Below are positions 36,072 through 49,699 of a stretch of DNA of 64,000 nucleotides, one piece after another. Made by a program: the position numbers and the translations under genes. The stretch lies in assembly GCA_964016885.1 (NCBI GenBank), contig OZ024740.1, forward strand, positions 152,892,001 through 152,956,000. The letters run 5' to 3'. Source of the DNA: Eledone cirrhosa. Lineage: Eukaryota. Every line of letters begins with the position of its first letter. Within the stretch, counting starts at the first letter, position 1. A model generated the notes under the pieces. The model ran no database searches. It was not told the DNA's origin and saw only the letters and a list, made by a program, of their open reading frames with translations.

Positions 36072-39000
36072 TATAGGAAGGATGAAGATTTAAACATTAC
36101 CTATATCTTTTTATAACTACAAGTTGAAATCTTCCAAGGATCTTGTTTTTACAAACGATAATAAGAGAAATACCTTAGTCGATGAATTTGTTACTTCTTA
36201 TTTGTAGTGACATGCTTCTGACTTCCAGGATATAAATAAATATCTCTTTAACGCTCAATCCTCCATAAATATAATTTTGATTGTTTAGTAGGAGTCTTCA
36301 CACTTTCGTAGTTCGCTTCATCTCCTCGTGTACCGTGGTTTTTACGAGAGAGTGATAATGTATTAATACGTGATTTACCATTGGTCTGTTTAACCTTATT
36401 GCATATGAAAATGTTGCTATTGCGAAGTATGACGTAGTTCCACTATATCACCCTCTACTTAGACTGGAAAGCAGTCGATAAAAATGAGGAGAAAATCTGC
36501 AAAGGTAACATAAGTCATGCAAAGCAAATACAAAAATGAAGAAAAGAAGAAAAAAAAGAATAGTTCATATGTAAATTGTTTTACAAAGTTTCTTGGGCCA
36601 ATGAACATGACGACTACGAGTTGTCGTAACGTATGTTGAAGGAGTGATTGTATGTGATTGTGGTGCTTGCGGTAGTGTTTGTATTGACACATTGTAGGAG
36701 GGGGGGGGGGTATGAGGTTCTGGTGTGAGATCATCTGTGTAGGCCCGCTTTAGTCTGTCAATAGAGACTGTGTTTTTATGTCCATTAAAGTCAATGGTGA
36801 AATGTTTGTTTATACGTGCAAGTGGTACGCGATAGGGTCCAGAATAAGGTGGAGTGAGAGGACGTCTCACTGCGTCATTTCTGTCAAAAACATGGGTCCA
36901 AGAGGCAATGTCTCTCGGAACCGAAGATTTAATGGCTTGTTGTCTAGTGTTCATAGGAGTCAGGACTTAAAAATACGAACGCAAACGGGTCACATAGAGT
37001 GGAGGATCCTGAGTAGAAAGGTCGACTGGAGCAAGCATCTGCCCTGGCAAAGATAAAGTAGTGCCGTACAAAAGCTCGGCTGGAGAGAATCCAAGGTCCT
37101 CTTTAATTGAAGTGCGGATACCGAGTAGTACGATGGGGAGGTTGTCGCTCCAATGTAGAGTATCAAGATAGGCACGCAATGCGGCCTTTAACTGGCGATG
37201 AAAACGCTCTACCATTCCATTAGATGCAGGATGGTAACTGATAGTCCTGATGCGTTGAGCGCCGATGATATTTGATAATCCGTGAAAAGTTGAGATTCGA
37301 ACTGCCTACCACGGTCTGTAGTAATAGTGGTAGGAACCCCGTAGCGCTATATCCATCTGAAACCAGGGCTCGCGCTATATCCATCTGAAACCAGGGCTCG
37401 CGCTACTGATTCAGCAGTTATGTCACTAAGAGGGATAGCTTCAGGCCATCGGGTGAAATGGTTAACGCAGGTCAGGATGTATGAACATCCACGACTGGCA
37501 GGTCAAGGTCCCACGATATCGATATGTGTCAAAAACGTGCGTCAGGTGCGCTAAATGTGCCGAGAGGTGCGCGAATATGTTTATGCACCTTCGAAATCTG
37601 ACAATACAAACAGCAACGTGACCAAGCAGTAATATCACGTCTCATATTCGGCCAGAAGAATCTAGCTGAAATGAGTTTCACTGTGGCGAAGATTCCAGGG
37701 TGTGGCAAACTGTGTAGAGAATCGAAAACTATTCGACGATGAGTCTCTGGGACCAGAAGGCGAGGTGAATCTGTCGCAGTAGCACACAGAATCTGAGAGT
37801 CCGAAGTGGGTACAGCCAGATATTTGAATTTGCAGGTTGCAAATTCAGGTGAGGAGACATCCAACGACTCTAGGGTGGGCTGTTCTGGAGCCATAAGATG
37901 CAAGTCAATATTCGCAGGTGCTGACAAGGAATTGATGGGTAGGCGAGATAAGGCACCCGCCGCTATATTTTGTTCACCAGGGATATGGCGAATATCATTC
38001 GTAAACTGGGATATGAAGTCCAAATGACGAGTTTCTCGAGGTGAGTATTTGTCCTGATTGAAATTAAGTTCGAACGTAAGTGGACGATGATCAGTATAGA
38101 TCGTAAATTGTCGGCCTTCCAGTGAATGCCGAAAGTGGTTGACAGCAAGGAAAATGGCTAACAGTTCGTGGTCGAAGGTGCTATAACGGAGTTCTGCGGG
38201 CCTTAGCTGCTTTGAAAAAAAAGCAAGAGGTTGAAGCTGTTGTAATACTGCACCTACCGTTGTGCTTGATGCATCCACAACCAACGAAAACCGGGCACCA
38301 GACACAGGGTGTGCAAGCAGAGATGCGTTTGTTAAATTCTGTTTAGCTTTGGAGAATGCTTCGAGTTGCATGGGTCCCAAAGCGATTGGTTCGTTCTTCT
38401 TTCTGTTACGCAAGAGATCAGATAGTGGAGCTAAGAGTTCTGCACAATGCGGGATAAACCGTCGATAATAATTTAGGAGGCCCAGGAACTGCCGCAGCTG
38501 TCGCAAGGAAGTAGGGGGAGGGAGTTCTTGAAGAGCTTTCACTTTTTCAGGAAGTGAGAATATTCCTTCCGAGTTAATCACGTGGCCTAAAAAGACGAGT
38601 GAAGCAGCGCCGAAAATGCACTTCGCAGGATTAATACGAACTTGGTACTGCCTAAATCGCTCAAACAGTTGGCGGAGGTGCGAGACATGATCCTCCGGTG
38701 AAGCACTCGCGATGAGAATATCGTCGATGTAACAATATACAAAATATAGGTCACGGACGACTTCGTCCATAAATCGCTGGAAGGTACTAGCTGCATTGTG
38801 TAATCCAAAAGGCATTGTTAAAATCTCAAATGCACCGAAAGGTGTAGTGACCGCAGTTTTAGGAATGTCCGCAGGATTCACAGGAATTTGATGATATGCT
38901 TTGATCAAGTCCAATTTCGAAAATATAGTAATCCGTGAAGCGAAGAAGCGAAATCCTGGATGTGAGGAATTGGGTAACGGTCCGGCACTGTGATTGAATT

Positions 39001-41235
39001 TAATCGCCGAAAATCTCCAGTGGGACGCCAGTCTCCCGAACGTTTCGGTACCATGTGCAAAGACGAGGCCCACGGACTGGAAGAATGGCGAATGATACCC
39101 AACTATAGCATATGATTAAACTCTGCCTCAGCCGCTTTCAATTTTTCGTGGGCGACGTGGGCGTGAAAAAACTGGAGCACCCTTAGTCTCAATAAAATTC
39201 GTGGTAGAGTGAGTAGGAGTACCGCAAAGTTCAGATTAGTTAATTCCGGAAAGGAATGCAAAAGCGCATGATACGGGTCATCCGAAGCAGCGATGTAGAA
39301 GACTGGATTACTGAAGTACGTCCAGGCGCAGAAATATTCGTAGTTGCGTCCAATAAACGACGTGTCCGCATATCAACCATTAGATTATAATGATGCAAAA
39401 AATCGGCACCCAGAATAGGATATGCCAAATCAGCTATGGTGAAAATCCATGAGAAATCTCTACGTAAATCCAGGTCCAAAGAGCGAGAGATTTGTCCATA
39501 CGTAGGGATAGCAGAATAGTTAATAGCTTGTAGTGATATCTGTGAGAGAGGAGGTTTCTCTCTAAAGAGTTTTAAAGACCAAATGCTGCAAGACGCAACC
39601 GTGTCGATGAGGCAGCGTGCGTGCGAGAAGGAATCTGTGATAAAAAAAAATGCACGACTTTCAGTACAGGATTGCGGAGAAGACGTCGTGCTTAATTCTC
39701 CGTTACTTCATTTCCCTGGTTTGAAAAAGAGCAAGGCTGGATACATTTATGAGAAGAGGATCCGAAACGCTTATGGTACCAGCACGATCGCGATGTTGAA
39801 AACTGGAAACGACGATGTGAAGATTGCGAGCGATTTCGCAACCGTTATCGGGGAGATCGTGATCTGGCAAAACGAAGAAGTTGTACCGCCTTCGTTAGGT
39901 CACGGATGGCCTTGCGTGTTGCTTCGTTAGTCGAGGTGGCGCTAGCTGAAACCGATGCGATAGGCGAAGGTGAAGAATTTGTTGCAAGTCGTGATGGGAT
40001 AGCAGTGGTAGAATTTCCGGAGTACTCCAAGATTTATGCTGACAAAATGGCTTGAATATTAGGAGGTAGCCTAGAGAAGAAAAGTTGTTTGATCATGGAG
40101 TTGTCAGCTGGTGCGTCTTCCGCAAGCTCTCTCATCCTCCGTAGGTCTGCAGTCGCCTAGATGTACGTCGGTCACGAGAGTACCGAACTTCCTCTTCGCA
40201 GAGACAGAAATACGGTTAAGAATTTCCTTTTTTGACACTGTTATACGTAGCTTCCGGAGACGGGTCAGTAATTAAGTCGTAAACCGTTGATGTTAAGGAA
40301 GCAGGAATGGCACTGAGCAACAGATGAAGCTGTCTAGAGTCGGAAGATATATTATGTGTTAGGAAAAACGATTCCATCTATGCAAGCCAGATCCGCACAT
40401 CACTGCCAAACACCGGTAGTGAATTACTTGCCATTGCCGATGGTGATATAAGGACTGCTTTCCACGACCGAAAGAAATAGAAGATAGACATTCGTAAACT
40501 TTGCCGCAAACAACAACTGGATTATTCCTCTTGTATAAAAATGACACGCGCCAATAACATTTATTTATAGTTTGACATGCCAACTCAACTTAATTCAATC
40601 TTTGTAATTAGTTGTGAACAAAACATGTAAAAAAGTTTCAAAGTTCCGTAGTGTCATTGCCACAGTAGAGAGTGCGCTTGTGTAGGCCAAAATGAGAGCG
40701 CGGGACCCAGTGAGGAAGAAGATGAGACGCCATATTGGATAAGAATGTCATGTGTGAAGAAAGAAAAAATTGTTCGTTATTGTCGGGTCGACATTTTTTT
40801 TTTTTTTGTGAGAAGGATGTATTCTTTTAAGTCGTGTCACCATTTTATTGTGAGGGTGAGGAATTAAATATTACCTATATCATTTTATAACTGCAAGTTG
40901 AAATCTTCCAAATTTTACAAACGATAATAAGAGAAATACCTTAGTCGATGAATTTGTTGCTTCTTATTTGTAGTGACATGTTTCTGACTTCCAGGATATA
41001 AATAAATATCTCTTTAACGCTCAATCCTCTATAAATATTATTTTCATTGTCGAAAGGAATATAGTAGGAGTCAATCTGTAATAAGTCTTCACACTTTCGT
41101 AGTCCGCTTCATCTCGTGTACCGTGGTTTTTACGAGAGTGTGACAATGTATTCATACGCGATTTACCATTGGTGTGTTTAACCTTATTGCATATGAAAAT
41201 GTTGCTATTACGAAGTATGACGTAGTTCCACTACA
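36072..41235 (-). mobile_element. Decayed Ty3/Gypsy LTR retrotransposon
   Basis: LTRs 36072-36447 and 40849-41235; GGTG TSD; PBS-like TGGTGACACGAC; purine tract beside the left LTR; gag-PR-RT-RH-IN order. Confidence 0.93.
36565..39620 (-). pseudogene. Gypsy pol (protease, RT, RNase H, integrase), frameshifted
   Basis: [61 protein letters not shown]. Confidence 0.92.
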
Positions 41236-41239
41236 GGTG

Positions 41240-41702
41240 TAAAAGCCAAACTCACTATCTTCAATTCGGTGATCGTGCCAACCCTTACCTATGATCATGA
41301 ATCTTGGATAATGACCGAAAGAATACAGTCGTGAATACAAGCATCTTTGGAGTAACGTTACTCGAGAGAGTGCGTAGCTCGGAATTTAGAGAGCCACTCC
41401 AGGTAGAGCTGCTACTTCTAATTGAGAGATCACTGCTCCGATACTATAGGAATGTGGTTAGAATGTCTCAGGAAAGAATCACTGGACAGATTTTACGGGA
41501 AAAACCAACTGGCAGAAGACCCAGGGGTAGACCCCGAGCAAGATGGTTGGATAACATCCGTGAGCTTGGTTGGTCGTGCTTGGGGATCAAACCGGATCAG
41601 TTAGAGATGGTTGCTTCTGACAGGACTCACAGGAAGGAGTGTTTGAGGACTCTGCCTCTACGACCCCCTCAGGAAAAAGTGGGCGAAGAAGACGTACCTT
41701 GA
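41240..41702 (+). pseudogene. RTE LINE 3' end, right part
   Basis: Continues ..IG|VKAKLTIFNSVIVPTLTY..; GRRPRGRPRARWLD. Confidence 0.85.
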
Positions 41703-41744
41703 TCCGTCAACTTGTATATAAAATTCATAACTTCGGAGATTATG

Positions 41745-41960
41745 GATGAGTTATGCATTACATTCGAGAGAACTTCTTCAATAACAGGTCGAAGTAATGT
41801 TTCTCCTATAGCGTGTGATTCACTGGCCTTCGTGACCAGTAACACAATGCTATATGACGCAACCATTCCATTATCGTGCTGCGTAGAATCACCTCTATAT
41901 TCTTGTGACTTCCCAGAAACTCTATGGCACTATTTGTTCCAATGTAAAATCTATCAGTGT
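41745..41960 (-). pseudogene. hAT (Charlie/Buster-like) transposase fragment
   Basis: ASYSIVLLVTKASESHAIGETLLRP resembles ASY..IAK..KPHTIGE.L..P. Confidence 0.65.
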
Positions 41961-42479
41961 GAGAGAGAAGACACAGAACCTTCTAGCTGTTTTACAGTTT
42001 CCCTTGCTTCCCACTTGTTCGTTATTGTTTATGCCTATTTTACCTCCCGTTGGCCTTCTCTATATTTTTTTTTTTATATCCACTTTGTATATCTTGTCTT
42101 TCGTTTCTAAACAGTAAGAAGTACTAGGTACTTCCCTAGTCTGTCATGGCTTACTAGCTCTATACGGATGTTTAAATTAATTAAATAAATAAGCGATAAG
42201 CCCATAAGATAAATAAACAATGATGTATTGACGACAATTTTTCTCAAATGGAGGCATTTTGGTGTTTAAAAATCGTACAATACACAAAGAAAATAGTAGG
42301 AACAATAGATAACAAAATTTTTATTCACAAAGTTATATTGTTACTCAAAGTTAGATTTCAATAATCCACAAATACGAGAACACAAGAGTGTTGCAATCAC
42401 TTGGCTGTTAATACAATCCAAAAATATCGAGTGGTTGTCTGGTTATATGAGCATGCGCATTGAGCTGTGAAGAAGTCCC

Positions 42480-42900
42480 ATCTTGGAATTCTCATATTTT
42501 GTCTGGCATTGTTGTCCTCACCTCCTTATCTACGGGGTCAGAGTTCATAGAGGTCATCATCTGTGTCAATTTTATATGTAATTTATTGGTGTTAGTGGCA
42601 ATTGGCAAGTTTATCTTGAGCTCATTTCTTGATTTTTCTGGCAAAATTGTTCTTGGTCTTCCTTTTCCTGATTTACATTTTTTTAAAAAACTTATTTCAT
42701 CTGCAGGCCCTTTTCCAAACTATAGAAAATGCCAAAATGTTCCTTGTTTGTGGGGATGTTATCTAGGAATGTGACCCAGTTATTCCCATATACCCATCTG
42801 ATCTCTTATTTTTTTATGCGGCTTCTTTGTGTGTCTCCTTTTGAATATATATATTTTTTTTCCGGGTAGCATTTGTTGAAATACCTTCGTAATACTCAAA
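42480..42900 (-). pseudogene. Old RTE-like 3' fragment
   Basis: Minus strand LGHIPR..GKGRPRT. Confidence 0.45.
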
Positions 42901-45659
42901 ATCTTACACCACCCACCAAAATTTCAAATCACTCACTATTTTCTGTTCAATTGCTCATCGCCCATCGAACAGTTGAAATTGTCCATGTTTGGAAACCCTG
43001 GTGTAAATAAAGGGTGGTGAAGTTTTGGAATAAGCATTCCATGTAAATGGATATAATAGGTGTCGTTATTTAATTATTTGAATTCTACGTTTTGAGCAGG
43101 TAAATTTACGATTCAACCGACTCGTGCCCCAAACAAATTTATGTATATTCAACTTCACGACCCAAATGAACTTCTTCATTTTGGGCTTTGGGTTACTATT
43201 TCTAGTAAGTCTATTGACCACGTAGACTCCCTTGGGAAATAGCAACATTAAAAAAAAAACAATTAAATTTTAAAATATTTTTGGTGCAGAATCATAGTTT
43301 CATATTTTAAAATATGTAATTAAATCCTTTTGCTATTTACCATGAACTAACAAAAGAGCCTCTATGTGGTCTCTCAACATACTAGAAATAGCAGTCAAAA
43401 ATGAAATTATTATTTTATTTTTATTTTTGTGCATAATCATAAATCATTTCAATACAAATTGAATATGAAAATACTGAAACCATCAGAATCTAGATTCCTA
43501 TGAACTTTCAAAGAAGATATGATCAGCGAGTTTATTTGTCAAATAAACTTGCTGATCATTTAAAACTTCAAATAAATATTATTTAGAATTTTTTTTTTAT
43601 TATTTTCTCCTAAAGTATATTTTCATGATTTGATTTTTTTTCATTTTCCCTCTCTTCAAGTCATCAAATTCTAGGCACAGTCACTTACTCTTAGCTAAGT
43701 ATGTATTCTGTAGTTGTTTTACTAGTAAGAGGGCAGTAACTTTCCTAATCTACTCCATCAACTTGGTATCTCCTCAGCACATCTCTTTTGCCCTAGTATA
43801 AGTTGACTATAATGACTATTAGTGATTGTGTGTGATACCTGATTTAATGATGCTCAAGCCTTGTGTTTAACATACTTTGCCAGATATTTTGAGCAGATTA
43901 GTGATTTTTACCTGATGGTCCAGATACTTTTCCTTTTTTCATATCCTTAATCCCTTTGTCTACAGTACTGTTGTATATGTTTTTTTCTGTTGGGTTTAAC
44001 TGGGACAGAATTTCTACCTGCCATGCTTTTCTCTCATTCAACAATCTCTCTTAAGAGCACTTCCATGCCTCTTACAAACACCCTCATCACTCCATATACA
44101 TTTCTCCTCAGTGGCATGTTGATCTTATCTAGCACATTGCCTTGCAGTCTGAAACACCTTACCTTGCAGTCTGAAACACCTTACATTAATGATAAGATCG
44201 GAAAAGCATCTGGACCATCACATTACATGTACTGTTCTTACTTCCTCTAGTTAAGTATATCTGATGCCTAGCCTGTCTTCTATCTACTTGGTATTTCTCT
44301 CTGTTGATGCCATTTTTGGGGTCTTTCCAGTAGATTGTCTCTTAGCTTTGATAGGTCTATCTACAGTTTTATTCCACCCCCATGTCACCTTCCATCTAAC
44401 TGGGGCTTTACACTAACCACAGATCTACTCTAGTCCTCAGCAGGTTGTTTTCTACAACTTCCCAGTCGTCCTCTATATCATAAGTTTCTACCATCTACTC
44501 TGTTCTGTCACAGGTGTCAACAAGAACTTCTCTGAATCTACGACAGACCAACGGATCTTTCAGCATTCATGTTTTTCCTCCAATTTGTTTTTTTTTTGTC
44601 TCTGTATCTCTCTAGCTCTTAGTTAGTAATTATTAATCTGTGTTGAGTGTTATATTCTCCACCAGAGAAGGGCTTAGCATTTACAACCATCTGCAACAAT
44701 ATCTACAATATCTTGTTTCCTAGTAAGAATAAAGTATGATTGATAAGTAATCAAATGGCTGGGTGGCTTCCTAAAGCTTGTGTTGAAATCGGTTACATCA
44801 TCTGCATCACAGAGCTCCAAAAGCCTTGATCTTTATACCATAGTCATACCTCCGTGTTGCTCAATGTCTATTAAAATCACCAGCCATGATAAAGTGGCTG
44901 CTGTCGTGAATTTTCAAGGTAGGCTTCATAAAAATGGTCCTTCTGTTTATCTGCCAGCCTTGATTGTGGTATAAGTGCCAATGTTGTTTTGCCTTGGTTA
45001 AATTATCCTATCACATACTCTGATGACCTCAATTATTTTATATTCCCATTCTCTGCCACCACTATGCCAACTACACCCAGATCCCATTGCTATAGCCCTC
45101 ACAGAAGAATTTGTACATTTACTCCTTGCCCATTGAGTGTCTGCTCATTGAGTGTCCCTCATGTTGCCTTTTGAATACAACACACATACACTCACCTCTA
45201 CTCAAATATTTTAAAATTTTCTCTTAACTTACCTTTCATTGTGCCAATATTAATGGTGATAGGCCTGAATTTTTAAACTACCGTCTTGTTGTTGTTTTTA
45301 TTCTTGTTCTTGTTCTTTTTCTTATTCTCCCACTTATTCCAGCTAGCCAGATGTTTTCATCATTTGATTGCTAATTGTTTCCTCACTCCTCAAAAAATTA
45401 CTACAAATAATTATTAACCATGGTAGGTGCTACTTTTGTTCAGTGGTTAATCTTGACTCCCTTTGATAGAGATATACAAAGTCTGCTGAAAAATTATCTA
45501 ACTCTATCTTTTCCTGTGGAAAGTAATGATGTTAAGGAGACACAATTGTTTGGAGAGGAGCTGCATACATGTATATGCATGCATGATGTTTGGCAAGCCA
45601 ACTTGTGCAATACTGTATTACTTGCTCATCATATTTTCTTTTCACCTAATACTACCAAC

Positions 45660-45835
45660 AAGGATCTTGAGTTCTTAAATACTGTGATAACTGGTGACAA
45701 GATGTGGGTATTTGCATACAACCCTGAAACTAAATCTCAATCATCAAGGAAAGCATCAAACCTAGTTAAGGGCCCTAAAAGCGCATCATGTGCAGAGCAA
45801 AATCAAGGTAATGCTGACTGTCTTTTCAACCTGTG
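45660..45835 (+). pseudogene. mariner transposase fragment
   Basis: FLNTVITGDKMWVFAYNPETKSQS; QSKIKVMLTVF. Confidence 0.8.
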
Positions 45836-46029
45836 GCATTGTGCGCACACACGCTCGCTCGCTCGCTCTCTCCCTCTCTCTATCTCTATATCTCTCTATC
45901 TCTCTATCTCTCTGTGCGTTTCAAATAATATATTTATGCAATTATTCATTTCCAAGAAATTGTCCACTCGCTGAGTCATCTCTTTCCTGAACAACACCAT
46001 GTACTACTCTGGTTCTATGAATCGTTAAT

Positions 46030-46300
46030 GCTCTCTACCTCCCAAATAACCGATAGTGACTACATAATTATTGCTGGCAACCTTAATGGTCATGTTGGAC
46101 ATTGTGATGGCTATGGCAGAATCCATGGGGGTTATGGGTTTGGTACTAGAAATGAGGAAGGCTTCAGGATCCTGGAATTCTGTGATGCTAATAACTTGAC
46201 TATCTGTAACACAAACTTCAAAAAACGAGACAATCACTTGATCACCTATAGATCAGAGGAGCACACCAGCCAGATAGATTTTATCCTTACTAGAAAACGA
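46030..46300 (+). pseudogene. RTE AP-endonuclease fragment
   Basis: GNLNGHVG..HGGYGFGTRNEEG..NTNFKK..SQIDFIL. Confidence 0.8.
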
Positions 46301-46464
46301 GACAACATGGGAAGTTGAGTCTTCTGTATTACAGCATAATGCCAGAGATCTCTATCCTTTGTCATCGCCTTTGAGAGGTGCAATTGTGCAAGGTCAGATT
46401 TTATCACCTCATCCCAAGTCTTCCTACTCCATAGCTTCCAACTTTATATAACTGCTAGTATATA

Positions 46465-46516
<52 letters not shown>

Positions 46517-46769
46517 GTGGCCTCCTGGACTTTGCCCTGGTCTGTACTGTGCTCAAACCTATTCGTAAGGTACCTATTGTCATCTGTCATAATCTCCATT
46601 TCCTTTAGAATAAAATATGTTGGAAGTTATTTAAATATTGCATAACATAATTTTTTTTATTTATTTAGAATATCTAAAAACAGAAAGTAATAAATACAAT
46701 AATAGAAAAATGCATTCTACAAAAATTATAAAACATTTATAGAACTTCAGTATATACAATGTTTGTAAC

Positions 46770-47345
46770 TTTTTGTTTGGAGCACATATAAAGAGTTTCT
46801 TGGGGGTCTTCGTAGTCTAGAATATCATACATATAGTTGACCATGTGAGAAACAGCCCTCATCTAGATGAGACCAACAACCTGCCGTGTTTGACCATGGG
46901 ACTTGTTAATAGTCATTGCATAACTGAATCTGACTGGGAATTGCAATCATTTGAAATGAAAGTGAATATTGTTGGTATTAGCAGCATAAATGTGACGTCT
47001 CCCTTACCACATCCAGTGAGGATTTTGGCTTCGATAATGTGTGGCTGTAATTCAGTCACCACCATATGCATCCCATTGCATAATTTTAGCTGATCCAGGT
47101 TTCTGAAAAGCATGGTAACTGTGCCCTTCTTCAATTCAAAGTTGTCTGGCAACATACCGGATGGTTCCAGGCTGTTGAGAAATTCAATGGGATAATGAAC
47201 AGCTTCATCCTCATCGACAACTTTATCGATAGATTTATTGATCTGGCTACCTCCAGAGATCATTTGTGAGAGATTTTGTTGATGGCATTCACTGTGATGT
47301 TTTGGGGGGCAAGAATTGCTTTTTCACACAGCCACCCCGCATTGG
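46770..47345 (-). pseudogene. Helitron Pif1 helicase fragment
   Basis: YPIEFLNSLEPSGM..L.KG..MLFRNL..LCNG. Confidence 0.85.
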
Positions 47346-48578
47346 TGGATTTGGAAATTAGGGAACACTAAATTACAATGCGTTCTACAACAGTATAAAA
47401 TTATGAAGGATCAAAATATCCTTCAGTATTAATTGATTACTTTTCAATAAATGGATGAGAGGGTGCTTATTTGTAACTACAAGTGTCTCCCTGTTTCTCT
47501 GTTATTGGCACTTAAGAAATCTCTGAAGTTGGCAAAATCTGAGGCTTCCGTTTTCGGAAAGGTGATTGCAAACATGTTGGAGATCAAATTAGTTGAAAAT
47601 ACAAAAAAATTAGGAAAAAAATTTCTTCGGGATCCCTGAAGGGTGCTTTTCTATCAATTTAAATGGCTGAGAAGTGCTTATCTGTAACTTCAAGGGTCAC
47701 CCTCCCCGCCTCCATTCTCGGTAAAAGGAGTTGTTGGCAAGTGAGTCAGATGTCAGATCATTTGAAAAATCAACGAAAAACCTAAAAAAGAAAAACATTC
47801 CTATGGAAGAAATCCGAGGACCCCCCCCCCCCCCCCCACACACACACATTCTGTTTTCGGAGAAAAAGTCATATTAGCTGAAAACACACGGAAAACCTTA
47901 ATTATTAGCAATTTTATTTAGTGTTATTATTAGCAGTCAACGTACAAATAAACTTCCTTTTTGTAAATATTATAGATATACAGACAGAGAAAGTGAGAGA
48001 GATAGACATAGAGAGTGACATATAGACAAAGAGAGAGAGACATTGAGATAGAGATTTTCGGAAAAAGGATTCATTGGTGATTGGGTCAGATATCAGATTG
48101 GTTGACAACAAACAAAAACACCTAGAAAAGTTTTAGTTAGAGTGAGGGGGAGGTGGAGTAGTGTTTCACTGTCTATATATAGATAGCATGATGGACAAAC
48201 ACAGTACCTGGGTGCGAGAAAGAGCAGTAAATTCTATCCCAACTGCCCAGCCCCTTTCTGTTTTCAGAAAATAAGTCAACAATGAGCTTGTTGGGGATCT
48301 GATTAGTTGAAAATACACGATAAACTTTAATTATCAATGTTATTTAGTGTTATTAGCAGTCAATATACAAATAAACAAACTTCTATTTTATAAATATATA
48401 GATACTAGCAGTAGGACCCGACCTTACTCAGGAAAGAGACAACTCACTCAGCAGATATTTTCTTGGATATTAGTAAATGCAACTCTGCATATATAGATTA
48501 TTTAAAACATATGTACTCAATGTGTGGATGCATGTGTGTGTATGTATACGTGTGTACACAGATATAAATTTATTATAT

Positions 48579-48617
<39 letters not shown>

Positions 48618-48679
48618 GTATAACTGAACAAAAAAGAAAAACGAACAAGACATATACTTGTATGCGTTCAAATCGTAAT

Positions 48680-48761
<82 letters not shown>

Positions 48762-48820
48762 GAAAGGTATAGAAAGTATTGTAGCAAGAAGCCAACAGTA
48801 TTCCATAATATATATATAAT

Positions 48821-49480
48821 ATAAGTATGTATACGTACATACATATATGTATACAGACGTACAGTAGTATGTATATATATATATATATATACATACATGC
48901 ACACATATATATGTACGTATGGATTCACCGAACATTTATTATAATGCTCGGTGTGTTTGTAAACAAACATCCCGTATTAAGCCGTAGTGTCTAGCAACCA
49001 TCGCTGCTCGTTTGTTCAACACTGACAAAGGAACGCTGTACTAGTTTCAAGCTTATTAGCTATCGTCAGCAACGTATACCTTCCTGCCAGATTGTTGAAC
49101 GTATATACTTACCTTATGCATATTAACGGCTGAGCAGCCCAATTTGCATATCGAGTGGGTTAATCGGCCGGGTGCACCGAAAACGATAAACGGAAAAAAT
49201 GAAACGAAATTTCATTTCCCACTCTTAGTACGGCTGTTACTTAAATATAAGTATGTATACGTACATACATATATGTATATAGACGTACAGCGAGCATTAT
49301 AATAAATGTTCGGTCAATCCATACGTACATATATATATATGTGTGTGCATGTATGTATATATATATATATACATACTACTGTACATCTGTATACATATAT
49401 GTATGTACGTGTACATACTTATATTTAAGTAACAGCCGTACTAAGAGTGGGAAATGAAATTTCGTTTCATTTTTTCCGTT
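48821..49480 (-). mobile_element. Retrozyme-like HHR element, copy 2 (partial tandem plus inverted segment)
   Basis: Direct repeat with 426-bp period (48821 and 49247); inverted piece 49291-49480; TA flanks. Confidence 0.75.
49033..49075 (-). ncRNA. Minimal type-I hammerhead ribozyme
   Basis: ACGTTG-CTGACGA-tAGCTaataAGCTt-GAAAC-TA-GTA^-CAGCGT. Confidence 0.9.
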
Positions 49481-49513
<33 letters not shown>

Positions 49514-49699
49514 GGTGGCTGCCAACTCGTTTTCGAGTACGGCCACTACTTTATATCCATGTAGGAGAACCCCTACCGAAGCGCTGAACGAGTGTCACTT
49601 TTTAGTCTAGCCAGCGACTTGAAAACTCTGGTACAAACACTACACTTGTGACAATTATTGACACATAGTGCTGGGCCCATGGTACCATGTGAGGACAAG

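Noticed and set aside
37345-37405. 28-bp tandem duplication (also about 22 bp at 44140-44183)
   Set aside because: Ordinary slippage in decayed elements.
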